Origin: a virus
Length of the DNA: 64,000 nucleotides
Direction: 5' to 3' (one strand)
IMG/VR virus record: IMGVR_UViG_3300015371_000008
Coordinates: 25,221 to 89,220 of that record
The notes beneath the pieces were generated by a model, which saw only the letters and a list, made by a program, of their open reading frames with translations, was not told where the DNA came from and ran no database searches. This document shows positions 1 to 8,893 of this stretch, in pieces. Made by a program: the position numbers and the translations under genes. Numbering within the stretch: position 1 is the first letter of the stretch; each line of letters begins with the position of its first letter.

Positions 1-165
1 GTAGATCATCTGGTGGGCTGGGCGGTAGAAGTCGTCCGCCTTCACCACCTCCACCACGTCGGAGATGGCGTCGCGGGACATCAGCATGGCGCCCAGCACC
101 GACTGCTCCGCTTCGATGTTGTGCGGCGGAGGCGTCTCGAAATCCGCCTCCAGCATGTCGGTCAC
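1..165 (-). CDS. dnaB: Replicative DNA helicase DnaB, N-terminal part (truncated by window edge)
   Basis: Manual translation from GTG at 165: VTDMLEADFETPPPHNIEAEQSVLGAMLMSRDAISDVVEVVKADDFYRPAHQMIY, the classic DnaB N-domain (PPHNxEAEQSVLG...DFYRPAH); GTGA overlap with the upstream gene. Confidence 0.9.
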   Translation of the reverse strand, partial: MTDMLEADFETPPPHNIEAEQSVLGAMLMSRDAISDVVEVVKADDFYRPAHQMIY

Positions 166-1220
166 GCAGCCTCCAGTTTCGGCTTGCCGTCCAGGGACGT
201 CCACAGGCGGGCGTCCATCATGCCCAGCTCTACGCAGAAGGGGTGCGGGTCAGCCAGTTCACCGGCTTGCCGCCACCGCTCCACCACGTCCAGGATCTGG
301 GCGATGCGCTCCTCCTGGCCGGGCTTCGGGCCGTGGGCTTTGCCGCCGTCCCAGGCCAGGCCGAGCGCCTTGCGGGCCCGCCTGATCGTATGGTCCTCGA
401 CGGCGGGCGTCGTCAGGCGCAACTGCTTGGCTATCTCGCCCAGGCTCATGTTGTACTGGACCGCCATCCGGGCCACCTGCATGTGCAGCAGCGCTTCCCG
501 GTCGCGGCGGGCCCAACGCTCCTCGATCTTCTCGTTGCGGATGTCGCCCTCCCACAGCAGCCCGTCTGGGGCGTAGTCGTCGGGAGTGCGGAACCCGTAC
601 CGGCGGGCCAGGTCCTTGGCGCGGATGTGGTGGATGCCGGTGTAGGGGATCGCGCACATCTGGTCAAAGAAGGCGTTGACGTCGTCAAGCATGTCGCGGG
701 CGACGCGACGACGATGTCCCGTAACGATCTGGAGGATGGTGGTGTAGCCGTATCCGAGGCGGGAGCCCTGCACGGCGGCGGGCCAGCCATTGGCGCACAG
801 CGAACCCAGCTTCCACCTGATGAGACGGGCGGGGACGCTCGTCGTAGATGCCGCGATCAGGTCGTCTTCGGTGATGGCCGCGATGCGGCGTCCGGTACTG
901 ACGAGGACAGAGTCCACCTGCCCGTTGAGGATCTTTTCGAGGCCATGGCGGGACAGTCCAGCTGCGCGAGCCACAGGCTGGTGCACCCACTCTTTGTCGT
1001 CGATCCAGGTCCGCAGGATGGTGCGAAGTTCGGATACGCGGTAGCGGCGCGGAACTCCTTGACGGACCTTCTGCCGACGTTCGGCGTCGGCAAGGCGGAT
1101 GATCTCCGAACACGTGGAGGCTCCGGGGCAAGGGTAGGTGGCCCGGCATCCGGCCCGGTAGCCGAGTGCGGTGCCGTGCGGGAAGTCGGGGTCGTTGGGG
1201 TCACGCGGACGTGCGGGCAT
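162..1220 (-). CDS. Multi-HTH DNA-binding protein with N-terminal HGT..Y..GCR..C Cys motif
   Basis: RBS AAGGAG; actinophage-type HGTxxGYxxGC motif; HTH-like segments VARAAGLSRHGLEKILNG and MSLGEIAKQLRL. Confidence 0.6.
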   Translation of the reverse strand: MPARPRDPNDPDFPHGTALGYRAGCRATYPCPGASTCSEIIRLADAERRQKVRQGVPRRYRVSELRTILRTWIDDKEWVHQPVARAAGLSRHGLEKILNGQVDSVLVSTGRRIAAITEDDLIAASTTSVPARLIRWKLGSLCANGWPAAVQGSRLGYGYTTILQIVTGHRRRVARDMLDDVNAFFDQMCAIPYTGIHHIRAKDLARRYGFRTPDDYAPDGLLWEGDIRNEKIEERWARRDREALLHMQVARMAVQYNMSLGEIAKQLRLTTPAVEDHTIRRARKALGLAWDGGKAHGPKPGQEERIAQILDVVERWRQAGELADPHPFCVELGMMDARLWTSLDGKPKLEAA

Positions 1221-1244
1221 GCAGCATCACTCCTTGAGGGTGGA

Positions 1245-1275
1245 CCCGGTCGCTCACGGGTACACTCATTTAGTA
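1245..1275 (-). promoter_or_regulatory. Degenerate CTAAATG box plus GAGCGAC hairpin
   Basis: CTAAATGAGTGTA then CCCG-TGAGCGAC-CGGG. Confidence 0.5.
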
Positions 1276-1572
1276 TGACCGCTCGTTGCGGAATCTGGCA
1301 AGGACGTCAGCCTCCATCGCTGCCGCGTTCGCTCTCATGACCTGCACCAACGCTTCACAGATCTCGCGTGCCTGACGCCGGGTGAAGGCGTGGCCTTCCT
1401 CGTCTGAACGGGCGGCGTCCCACCTCTGCACCACCCCCGTAGCGTCCCTGATTTCGACGCTGGGGCGGGTCAGGCGGATGGCGTGCCGGTGGATACGGAA
1501 GGGCCGGGATGGGCGCCACCGGGTGCGTTCCAGGGCCGCAGACAGGGCGTCGTGGAGGTCGTACGGGTTCAG
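1270..1572 (-). CDS. Hypothetical protein, probable CTG start
   Basis: 100-aa open frame (LNPYDLHDALSAALERTRW...) not in the ORF track; GAGGAGGAG RBS; CTGA overlap with the upstream stop. Confidence 0.5.
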   Translation of the reverse strand: MNPYDLHDALSAALERTRWRPSRPFRIHRHAIRLTRPSVEIRDATGVVQRWDAARSDEEGHAFTRRQAREICEALVQVMRANAAAMEADVLARFRNERSY

Positions 1573-1829
1573 GATCGCTCCTCCTCTTCTGCGGTCAGTG
1601 GGCCGGTCGGGTGCGCCTCCGCCGTAGTGGCTTCATCGGAGCAGGCCCAGACGGCGAGCATCGCCGGGAGGGTGGAGTCGTAGGAGTTGACGCCCACCAC
1701 GTCGCCGGTGGGACGCAGGCGGCACACGACGGCCAGGGCTGGGGCGTAGAGCAGGTCGGCGAACGCCGCCACCACGATGTCGATGGCGGCGTTAGACGGC
1801 ATTTCGGGCATGGGTATAGCAGGGCTCAC
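1569..1829 (-). CDS. Hypothetical protein
   Basis: GTG start with GGAG RBS downstream of a promoter/leader cassette. Confidence 0.5.
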   Translation of the reverse strand: MSPAIPMPEMPSNAAIDIVVAAFADLLYAPALAVVCRLRPTGDVVGVNSYDSTLPAMLAVWACSDEATTAEAHPTGPLTAEEEERS

Positions 1830-1848
1830 AGGGGGTCTCCAAAGGTAT

Positions 1849-1903
1849 GCCCGGGTCGCTCTACCGGGCCGGTCGGACCCCTCAATTCTACAATCATTTA
1901 GCG
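1849..1903 (-). promoter_or_regulatory. CTAAATG-box promoter plus leader hairpin
   Basis: CGCTAAATGATTG-TAGAAT; GCCCGG-TAGAGCGAC-CCGGGC. Confidence 0.65.
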
Positions 1904-1920
1904 GATCGGGTGTGGCTTTG

Positions 1921-2637
1921 TCATATCGGCACACCCCAGCCCTGAAACAGCGTCGCCGTGTAGGTGAGCCGGACCTGCCCCGCCCGTCCGGCAGCGCCCG
2001 CCAAGGTGCCCGAGTTGGTGCCGCCCGCCCCGCCACCACCACCGCCAGGGCCGGATGCTGGAGTTGTCGCGTTGTTGGACCCCTGAGTGCCGCCGGTACC
2101 ACCAGGCCCACCGCCGGTGACTGCCGTCGCACCCGCGCCTCCGGCGCCGCTGCTCGTTGACGCGTTACTCCCCGCGTTGCCAACGGCGGCGGTACCAGCG
2201 GAACCTCCTCCACCTCCACCGCCGCCCCAGGAGGAGTTGCCCGCACCGCCCGCACCGCCGTTGAAATGCGTGCCTGTCGCCGTGCCGGTGCCGCCTGCAC
2301 CGCCCGCACCCGCCGCAGCGGAAGCGCCTCCGCTGCCGCCGTGTCCCGTCACCGTGACGGACGTGCCCGTGAAAGTCGAGCTCCCTCCGGAGCCGCCGGT
2401 CGCCTGGGCTACGCCGGTGCCGCCCGCACCGACCGTGTAGGAGTAGCCGGTGCCGGGCGAGACCGCCACGCCGGTCACCTTGGCGTACTCGCCGCCGCCG
2501 CCTCCTCCGCCGTTCTTGGACGTGGACGCGCCACCGCCCGCGCCGCCGCCGCCCCAGCATTCGACGTCAACGCTGGTGACCCCGGATGGGCAGGTCCACG
2601 TAGATGTGCCCGCCGTGGTGAACGTGTCGGTCGCCAT
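1921..2637 (-). CDS. Glycine-rich domain protein (phage minor tail-type)
   Basis: TWTCPSGVTSVDVECWGGGGAGGG and Gly-rich repeats typical of phage Gly-rich minor tail proteins; end of a structural cluster. Confidence 0.75.
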   Translation of the reverse strand: MATDTFTTAGTSTWTCPSGVTSVDVECWGGGGAGGGASTSKNGGGGGGGEYAKVTGVAVSPGTGYSYTVGAGGTGVAQATGGSGGSSTFTGTSVTVTGHGGSGGASAAAGAGGAGGTGTATGTHFNGGAGGAGNSSWGGGGGGGGSAGTAAVGNAGSNASTSSGAGGAGATAVTGGGPGGTGGTQGSNNATTPASGPGGGGGGAGGTNSGTLAGAAGRAGQVRLTYTATLFQGWGVPI

Positions 2638-3125
2638 CAGCAGAGAATCTGCACTACTAGGTCCGCCCCGGCCACGGTGCTCCCAATTTGATCTATGTCC
2701 ACGGTGAAGTAGGCCCCATCGGCGATCGTCGTCGTGTTCATGTTCGTGACCTTGCCGGAGGTGTTTCCGCTGATCGCGATCGTCGGCCGGTTGCCCTGCG
2801 TAGAGAAGATCGTGGTGCCGTTGACGTTGATGTCCACGATGATCGCGGCGCCCGTGGGGGCCGTGCCGACACTCGCGCGTACGCCCTTGATGTCGAGGGT
2901 GGCGGTGGTGTCGTTGTAGATCCGGAACGTCCCGGCGCCCGTGGTCAGAGTGCCAGCGCGGGAGAACGGGAACAGAATCCCCGCCTCGACAAGGTGTTCC
3001 GCACCTGCACTGTTACGCGTCCACAGCACCGCATTGGGCCTGGCGAATACGGCGCACCATCCGGACGGCGGATTGCCCGGACTGGCTTGCTCCGGCAGCG
3101 CCACCGCGCTCGCGAACTTCGGCAT
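2637..3125 (-). CDS. Phage minor tail/structural protein
   Basis: Beta-rich ASVGTAPTGAAIIVDINVNG...TVDIDQIGSTVAGADL domain; translationally coupled in the structural cluster. Confidence 0.65.
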   Translation of the reverse strand: MPKFASAVALPEQASPGNPPSGWCAVFARPNAVLWTRNSAGAEHLVEAGILFPFSRAGTLTTGAGTFRIYNDTTATLDIKGVRASVGTAPTGAAIIVDINVNGTTIFSTQGNRPTIAISGNTSGKVTNMNTTTIADGAYFTVDIDQIGSTVAGADLVVQILC

Positions 3126-3325
3126 CAGACGTCCTTGGTTTCGAGCCCCTCCGGGCGCCAGCCGACTCCGTGACAGTGATCACACTGCACGAGGCGTTGT
3201 GCGACGGCCAGGGCGCGCAGCCGGTGCGGGAACGGACGTGGCTCGTCGGTGGAGGTGGAGTAGCACGGCTCCCCTGGCTCGGCCAGGCAGCAGGAGCAGG
3301 TCGCCTCCAGCGGATCCATGTTCAC
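3125..3325 (-). CDS. Small phage zinc-finger protein
   Basis: CSCCLAEPGEPC...HRLR and CDHC motifs; GTGA-coupled start. Confidence 0.55.
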   Translation of the reverse strand: MNMDPLEATCSCCLAEPGEPCYSTSTDEPRPFPHRLRALAVAQRLVQCDHCHGVGWRPEGLETKDV

Positions 3326-4524
3326 GCCCTGGCCTGCACGACGACGCGGTAGACGGCGGAGGAGGCGGAGTTGGCTGAGGTCAGGGAGATGTTGTTGGTG
3401 TCCACCACGATCTCGTCCATGTAGACGCGGGCGCCGCCGGTGTTCTCGTACACGAACACCTGGACGTCCTTGGTCCCCAGGTTGTGGGTGATATTGAGGG
3501 CGCTGCCGCCGGTCAGCGCGCCGACGTCGGCGGCGTAGGCGGTGACGGCGACCAGGTTGGTACGGGCGGCCGACGCGCTGGTGGCGTTGGTGCCGCCCTT
3601 GCTGAGGGGTACCAGGCCCACGGTGATGTCGTTCGAGTTCACCGTCAGGCTGCCGTCGGCGGCCACGACGTCGAACGTCGAACCGGTCAGGGTCAGACCG
3701 GCCCCGGCGACGTAGGTGGTGCCGGAGGTCGTGTAGACGGTCCACGTCTGCGTCCACGAGCCTGGCGAGCCTGACGGGGTGGCCGTCTGGATGTACTGGC
3801 CGCCCGCGTAGGTGCCCTCGGCTACGGCGACGAGGGTGCCGTCCAGGATCTCCCCGGTGGCGTCGGCGTCGGGAGCGCGGGTGGCGGCGGAGCCGGACCC
3901 GTTGAAGACGTAGATGCCGTTCTGGGTGCCGGTCGTCTGCCCGGCGGCCAGGAATCGGTCGCCGCTGGTCAGGGTGACGCCGTCCACGGTCGTGCCGGGG
4001 CCGGACAGGGTGACGTTGGATTGGGTGGCCACCCTGACGGGGTCCTTGACGCCCACGATCCCGGCCCGCGCATCGTCAACGTACTGTTTGTTGGCGGCGT
4101 CGGTGCCGGTGCTGGGCGCCAACAGGTTGGTGATCTTCTGGGAGTTGAGGGATACCGACGCCGTCGGCGCCGCCATCTGGTCCAGGCGGGACGTACGAAC
4201 CTGCGTGTCGAAGTCGCTGATCGTGGACGCGGTCTGAGTGCCGGTGTGGTTGGCGCGGGCCAGCGGGTCGGTGGCCAGTTTGGACAAGGCGATGGCGGCG
4301 CCGGAGGCGACCTTGGCGTTGGTGATCGTGTCGTCGGGGATGTCCCCGCCATCCATGCGGACCCAGGATGTGCCGTTGTAGTACTTGTCCACCGGCGGCG
4401 TCAGAGACGTGTCGGTCCACATCTGGCCGGTGACCGGGCTGCTCGGCGCAGTGCCGGACGCTTCCGGCGTCAGCCCCTTGACCGGAATCTTGGACGTGTC
4501 GATCGGCGCCAAAAACTTCGGCAT
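3322..4524 (-). CDS. Phage tail fibre/structural protein
   Basis: ARANHTGTQ, NSQKITNL..DAANKQYVD and VRVAT..VDGVTL..GDR..QNGIYV motifs common in phage fibre proteins. Confidence 0.7.
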   Translation of the reverse strand: MPKFLAPIDTSKIPVKGLTPEASGTAPSSPVTGQMWTDTSLTPPVDKYYNGTSWVRMDGGDIPDDTITNAKVASGAAIALSKLATDPLARANHTGTQTASTISDFDTQVRTSRLDQMAAPTASVSLNSQKITNLLAPSTGTDAANKQYVDDARAGIVGVKDPVRVATQSNVTLSGPGTTVDGVTLTSGDRFLAAGQTTGTQNGIYVFNGSGSAATRAPDADATGEILDGTLVAVAEGTYAGGQYIQTATPSGSPGSWTQTWTVYTTSGTTYVAGAGLTLTGSTFDVVAADGSLTVNSNDITVGLVPLSKGGTNATSASAARTNLVAVTAYAADVGALTGGSALNITHNLGTKDVQVFVYENTGGARVYMDEIVVDTNNISLTSANSASSAVYRVVVQARA

Positions 4525-4532
4525 CCTGCCCC

Positions 4533-4925
4533 CTACGAGGTGAGGTCGAGTTGGCCAGCCATGGGGAAGGCCCACTCGACGCGGACTTGTGTGGGGGTGG
4601 GATAGGAGACGTCGCCCTCAATGAGGACTCCGCCGGTATCGGTAGCGATCACGTTGGGGGTGATGGGGATCGTGTGGGTGACCTGCCACACCGCCAGCGG
4701 GGAGGCGAAGACGTAGGTCTGCTGTATCGCTCCGCCGGGAGGTCCTGCCGGACCGGTAGGCCCGGCAGGACCCTGCGGCCCGGTCGTGCCGGGCGGCCCC
4801 TGCACGCCCGGCATGGTGAGTTCCAGGGCGACGTCAGGGCCGCCGTCAACGGTGACGGTCGTCTGAGAGTCGATCTCGACCAGAATGGCGCCCGGCGCCT
4901 CGACGACCTCCAGCAGGATCGTCAC
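4533..4925 (-). CDS. Collagen-like repeat minor tail protein
   Basis: GXY repeats GVQGPPGTTGPQGPAGPTGPAGPPG followed by a small beta domain. Confidence 0.65.
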   Translation of the reverse strand: MTILLEVVEAPGAILVEIDSQTTVTVDGGPDVALELTMPGVQGPPGTTGPQGPAGPTGPAGPPGGAIQQTYVFASPLAVWQVTHTIPITPNVIATDTGGVLIEGDVSYPTPTQVRVEWAFPMAGQLDLTS

Positions 4926-5287
4926 CGGGTCACCTCGGCGGACACCTCAACCTCGCCCCGCAGCAGCCGCGTGGTATCGCCACCCGGCGACTCAATCTCC
5001 AGGTCATAGACGCCGTAACGCCACGTCCAGGCGGCGGTGACGTCGTCGGCGACGGCCAGCCGGATCTCCCCTTCGGCGGCGTCCACCGTGATGCCGGATC
5101 CGACGGTCAACGACAGCAGCGGAGTCGGCGACGTGATCGACTCACGGACCTGCATGCGTACGGCGTAGCCGGTCAGGTCGATCGGCGTGGGCGGGTCGTC
5201 GGCCGGGTTTTTGAGGCGCAGCAGCATGGACCAGGACTCACCCTGGCCAATTTCGATCTTCCAATACGCGGCTGGCACGCGGCCCAC
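4922..5287 (-). CDS. Phage tail-associated protein (baseplate/LtfC-like beta domain)
   Basis: PIDLTGYAVRMQVR...GVYDLEI...RLLRGEV pattern of phage structural proteins. Confidence 0.6.
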   Translation of the reverse strand: MGRVPAAYWKIEIGQGESWSMLLRLKNPADDPPTPIDLTGYAVRMQVRESITSPTPLLSLTVGSGITVDAAEGEIRLAVADDVTAAWTWRYGVYDLEIESPGGDTTRLLRGEVEVSAEVTR

Positions 5288-5330
5288 CGTGACGGACCGG
5301 GACAGTTAAGGTCGCGCCCTACAGGCACGA

Positions 5331-5365
5331 AAAAGCGGGCCCCGACGCCGTGTCGGTGGCCCGCT
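5331..5365 (-). terminator. Intrinsic terminator after ssb
   Basis: GC-rich hairpin followed by TTTTT on the minus strand. Confidence 0.65.
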
Positions 5366-5376
5366 CCTGTTGGGGT

Positions 5377-5838
5377 TTAGAACGGCGGCTCCTCCGGAGC
5401 GTTAGCTGGGGTCGCCCACGGGTCGTTCGCCGGTGCGCCACCCTGCCCGTGCTGTCCGTTGCCGCCCTGCCGGGCCGTCTTGTTGACCTTGGCGGTGGCG
5501 TTGCGCAACGACGGGCCGACCTCGTCCACCTCAACCTCATAGGTGGTGATCTTATGGTTCTCCTTGTTGGTGTACTGCCGCTGCTTCAACCGGCCCTGCA
5601 CGATGACGCGGGAGCCCCGGATCAGACTCTCGGCGACGTTCTCCGCCATCTGCCGCCACACGTTGCAGCGCAGGAACAGCGTGTCGCCGTCCTTCCACGT
5701 GTTCGTGGCCTTGTCCATGAAGCGGGGGGTGGAGGCGATAGTGAACCCGGCGACCGCCTCCCCCTTGCCGGTGAAGCGGAGGGTGGGGTCGTCGGTCAGG
5801 TTCCCGACGAGCGTGACGACGGTGTCTCCTGCTGCCAT
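5377..5838 (-). CDS. ssb: Single-stranded DNA-binding protein
   Basis: [16 protein letters not shown]...[25 protein letters not shown]...EPPF tail, actinobacterial SSB. Confidence 0.97.
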   Translation of the reverse strand: MAAGDTVVTLVGNLTDDPTLRFTGKGEAVAGFTIASTPRFMDKATNTWKDGDTLFLRCNVWRQMAENVAESLIRGSRVIVQGRLKQRQYTNKENHKITTYEVEVDEVGPSLRNATAKVNKTARQGGNGQHGQGGAPANDPWATPANAPEEPPF

Positions 5839-5877
5839 GGTGATCTCTTCTCTACTCGTTGTGGATTTGCTGGGGCG

Positions 5878-6261
5878 TCAGGCGACGCACTTCTCCCAGT
5901 CGGACCAGGTGTTGGGGCGGCGGAACCGGCCGGTGCCGAACTCGCCGAACTGCAGAATGATCTGCAACGCGACGCCCGCCTCGACATGCAGCCTGGTCAG
6001 CCCGTCATGTTCGTTGTCGAGGTAGGCGTCCTGGAGGCTCTCGTCCCACTCGTCCTTGAACCCAGGCTCGACGATCCCGGCGACGCTGTGCAGCACGGAG
6101 GAGGTGCCGTAGGGCCGCTTCGGGTCGATGGCGGGGGCGCCGAACTCCGGCCCCCGCCAGGTGATGCAGGCCCGCCGCAGCAGCGCCAGATGACTGTCGG
6201 TGATCTCGAACTCGGTCAGCCGGTCGGCTTCGCGGATCTGCTTGCTGTAGACGTCGTCCAT
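5878..6261 (-). CDS. Hypothetical phage protein
   Basis: ORF with RBS; PAIDPKRPYG motif. Confidence 0.65.
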   Translation of the reverse strand: MDDVYSKQIREADRLTEFEITDSHLALLRRACITWRGPEFGAPAIDPKRPYGTSSVLHSVAGIVEPGFKDEWDESLQDAYLDNEHDGLTRLHVEAGVALQIILQFGEFGTGRFRRPNTWSDWEKCVA

Positions 6262-6276
6262 GTGGGGTGTCTCCGT

Positions 6277-6591
6277 TCAGTTGGTGGGCCACAGGAACAC
6301 GGCCAGGAGGGCGCCCGGCGGCGCCGGATCGTATGCGTCGGCGTCGTCGCGGCTGAGCCGGTCCGGCTCCGTCATGTAGTGGTCGCCGCACCAGGGCTGA
6401 TTCGGCATGTACATGCCGACGTCCACCCCGTCCTTGAGCGGAAGGGGGGAACAGCCGTTGTCCTGGGCAGACGCGTCGCTGGACAGCACCACGAGGGTGT
6501 TCCCGGGGGTGCCCTTCGCCTTCAGTTCGGTCAGGGCGGCCAGCAGCGAGTCGAGGGTATGGGAGTCGGCTATGGCGTCCGTGATGCTCAT
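6277..6591 (-). CDS. Hypothetical protein
   Basis: ATGA-coupled ORF with RBS. Confidence 0.6.
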   Translation of the reverse strand: MSITDAIADSHTLDSLLAALTELKAKGTPGNTLVVLSSDASAQDNGCSPLPLKDGVDVGMYMPNQPWCGDHYMTEPDRLSRDDADAYDPAPPGALLAVFLWPTN

Positions 6592-6818
6592 CGTGGGGCC
6601 TTTCGTGCGAGTGGAATGTGCAGGGTTCCGGAGGTGTGATCGCAGGTGACTGGGAATCCGGCTCCGGCGAGAGCACGCGAGGCGGTGATGCGGTTGGTGC
6701 GGCCGGTGACCCGGACGGCGAGGCCGCCGTTGATGTGGCGGACAGCCGCCACGGTGCCCCAGACGGGCAGGGAGCCAACGACCAGATCAACAACACGGTC
6801 GAGATCGGTGGCGTGCAT
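6588..6818 (-). CDS. Hypothetical protein
   Basis: AGGAGG RBS after a GAGCGAC leader hairpin. Confidence 0.65.
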   Translation of the reverse strand: MHATDLDRVVDLVVGSLPVWGTVAAVRHINGGLAVRVTGRTNRITASRALAGAGFPVTCDHTSGTLHIPLARKAPR

Positions 6819-6841
6819 GGATACACCTCCTGGTCGAGCCA

Positions 6842-6902
6842 GCCGGGTCGCTCAACCGGCCAGCACGTTACAACACCCGATTGTACAGTCATTTGGCGTC
6901 AA
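6842..6902 (-). promoter_or_regulatory. Variant box promoter plus leader hairpin
   Basis: CGCCAAATGACTG-TACAAT; GCCGG-TTGAGCGAC-CCGGC. Confidence 0.65.
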
Positions 6903-7690
6903 GTGATAGGGGAAGTCCAAGCCGCCTCCCAGGTGATCGGCCCAACCACGCCGTCGGCCACCAGCCCCTTCTCCGCCTGGAAGGCGCGGGCAACGTCGGC
7001 GTCGGCGCGGGCCCACGCCGAGTCCACGACGATGGACCAGCCGCGCTGCCGCATCTGCCGCTGCCACGTAGCGACGTCGCTGCCGCGCATAGGCGGGTTC
7101 TTCACCGTGAAGTAGCGGCCCGGCCACACCGGCACCTGGACGGCGGTCACCGGCGGCTCCGTCGTGATGGCATTAAGCGCCTCATGGACCATGGCCAGGA
7201 ACCAATCCCACGGGAAGCCCGGCCCCGGGTCGGTGTGGTCGGAGCGTTTGTAGACGGCCGACACGTCGGCGTGGCAGGTGATGCCGCGATTGCCTGCCGC
7301 CAGCTCCGCCCGGGTCAGCCGCCGGACGGGCAGGCCGTACTTTGCGCACCAGGCGGCGGTCACCTTGGCCGCCTGACCCAAGGCCGCCTTGGAGTAGTCA
7401 TCCAGCCATTCGTCGCGGGACTGCCGCATGTATCCGGCGATCTCCAGTTGGAGGCCGTCAGTGTTGGCGCCGGGCGCGGCGTACGCGGTGTCCTCGTCGG
7501 GGACGCAGCGCACCGCAGAATCGTTGTCTACGCAGATGTGGGCGGAGGCGACGACGCCGGAGTCCCGGAAGTAGCGGGCCACGTTCTCGGCCGTCAGCGG
7601 CCCCTCAGGGGCTTCCGCATCGTGGATGACGACGAGCCGGACGGTGGCGAGGCGGCCCTTTCTGTACTGGCTGGACAGGATGGTCTGCAT
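6899..7690 (-). CDS. N-acetylmuramoyl-L-alanine amidase (Amidase_2) with C-terminal peptidoglycan-binding domain; endolysin-like
   Basis: VVIHDAE, SAHICVD, AYAAPGAN, ITCHADVS, HTDPG amidase motifs; GSDVATWQ...AFQAEKGLVADGVVGPITW PG-binding domain; start uncertain. Confidence 0.9.
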   Translation of the reverse strand: MQTILSSQYRKGRLATVRLVVIHDAEAPEGPLTAENVARYFRDSGVVASAHICVDNDSAVRCVPDEDTAYAAPGANTDGLQLEIAGYMRQSRDEWLDDYSKAALGQAAKVTAAWCAKYGLPVRRLTRAELAAGNRGITCHADVSAVYKRSDHTDPGPGFPWDWFLAMVHEALNAITTEPPVTAVQVPVWPGRYFTVKNPPMRGSDVATWQRQMRQRGWSIVVDSAWARADADVARAFQAEKGLVADGVVGPITWEAAWTSPIT

Positions 7691-7794
7691 ATCGGCACGG
7701 TCGCGCCCGACAGGCATTAACGTCGCGGGCTGCGACACGCAGACGCCCCGCCGAAGCCTTGCGGCAAAGACTCCGGCGGGGCGGGAACGGGGGA

Positions 7795-8250
7795 TCAGGG
7801 GGTGTGCTTCCAGGCGGTCCGCTGCGCCGGGTCGGCGTAGACGAGGCCGAATAGGAGGGTGGCCGGGCTGCACCGGTCAGGGTCGGGCACGAGGCGTACG
7901 GAGGAGCCGCAGATCTGCGGCTTGTGCTTCAGCACCATGACGCCGTCCCAGATGTCGGCCGGATGTTCGGAGCGGAAGCCGAGCAGGCCGTCTCCCGCCT
8001 CCAGCCTGGCGACGGGGACGGGGGTGACCGGGTATACGCCGGTGGCACAGAACAGCATCCAGTCGCCGGGGCGGAACGTGACGACTCCGCTGTTGCGGGT
8101 GGCGACGCGGTAGCCGCGCTGTTGGGTGACGGAGAAGTCGGCGCCGAGGGCGGAAAGTGTTCCCGCGATGGCGCCGTGTGTTTCGAATGCGGATTCGTCG
8201 GCTTGCTGTTCCAGGGCGGGGATGTGGAACACGGTTCTGATCGGTGGCAA
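7795..8250 (-). CDS. Hypothetical protein
   Basis: ORF with AAGGAG RBS. Confidence 0.55.
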   Translation of the reverse strand: MPPIRTVFHIPALEQQADESAFETHGAIAGTLSALGADFSVTQQRGYRVATRNSGVVTFRPGDWMLFCATGVYPVTPVPVARLEAGDGLLGFRSEHPADIWDGVMVLKHKPQICGSSVRLVPDPDRCSPATLLFGLVYADPAQRTAWKHTP

Positions 8251-8276
8251 GGTGGTCTCCTTTTGGCGGCGTCGCT

Positions 8277-8552
8277 CTAGCCGCTTTCGTCGATTCTGGT
8301 GGGCAGTTCGGATTGTATGGAGCGGTAGTGCGGGCTCGGTTGCTCGCGTGGTGGCGGCGGTTTGGTCACTTCTTCCAGGTAGGCGTTGACTCGGGCGTAG
8401 ATGTAGTCGAGCAGGGCTTTGGCTTCGACTGTGTTGACGCCTTCTCCTAGGTGGAGCCTGACCTGGTTCGTCCAGTCGAAGCTGATCACTAGGCGGAAGC
8501 GGTCGAGTTGAAGAGTCGGAGGTCGCCTACCTTGGGGTTGTTGTGGAGCCAT
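8277..8552 (-). CDS. Hypothetical protein
   Basis: ORF in operon orientation. Confidence 0.45.
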   Translation of the reverse strand: MAPQQPQGRRPPTLQLDRFRLVISFDWTNQVRLHLGEGVNTVEAKALLDYIYARVNAYLEEVTKPPPPREQPSPHYRSIQSELPTRIDESG

Positions 8553-8779
8553 CGTCTGGTTTGTCCTGTCCTGTCAGGCAGGCGATTAGCGTCTGCGGCT
8601 CCACCATGTCACGGTTAAGTTTCGCCAGGTAGGCGATCGACAGGGCCCGCTGATTGGCATCGGCGATCATGACCAGTCGGCGCATGACCTCTCTGCTGTC
8701 AGCTTCCGCCTTGGACTTAGCGGCTATAGCCCTCCGAAGCATGGTCAGGAGGGCCAAGTCGTCTACGTCGCCACCCATG
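8527..8779 (-). CDS. Hypothetical protein
   Basis: GGGAGG RBS before MGGDVDD; start approximate. Confidence 0.45.
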
Positions 8780-8893
8780 ATTCCTCCCGCTTCTCCCGCG
8801 CACGCTTTCGGTACGGATGTGGGGTCGCCCGTCCCACTTCTACTCATCCCCACCATGGCACGCATTTAGCGGCAGGTCTCGGACTGTTCGCAT

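Noticed and set aside
1921-4925. Gly-rich and GXY nucleotide periodicity as DNA repeats
   Set aside because: Explained by protein low complexity in the structural genes.
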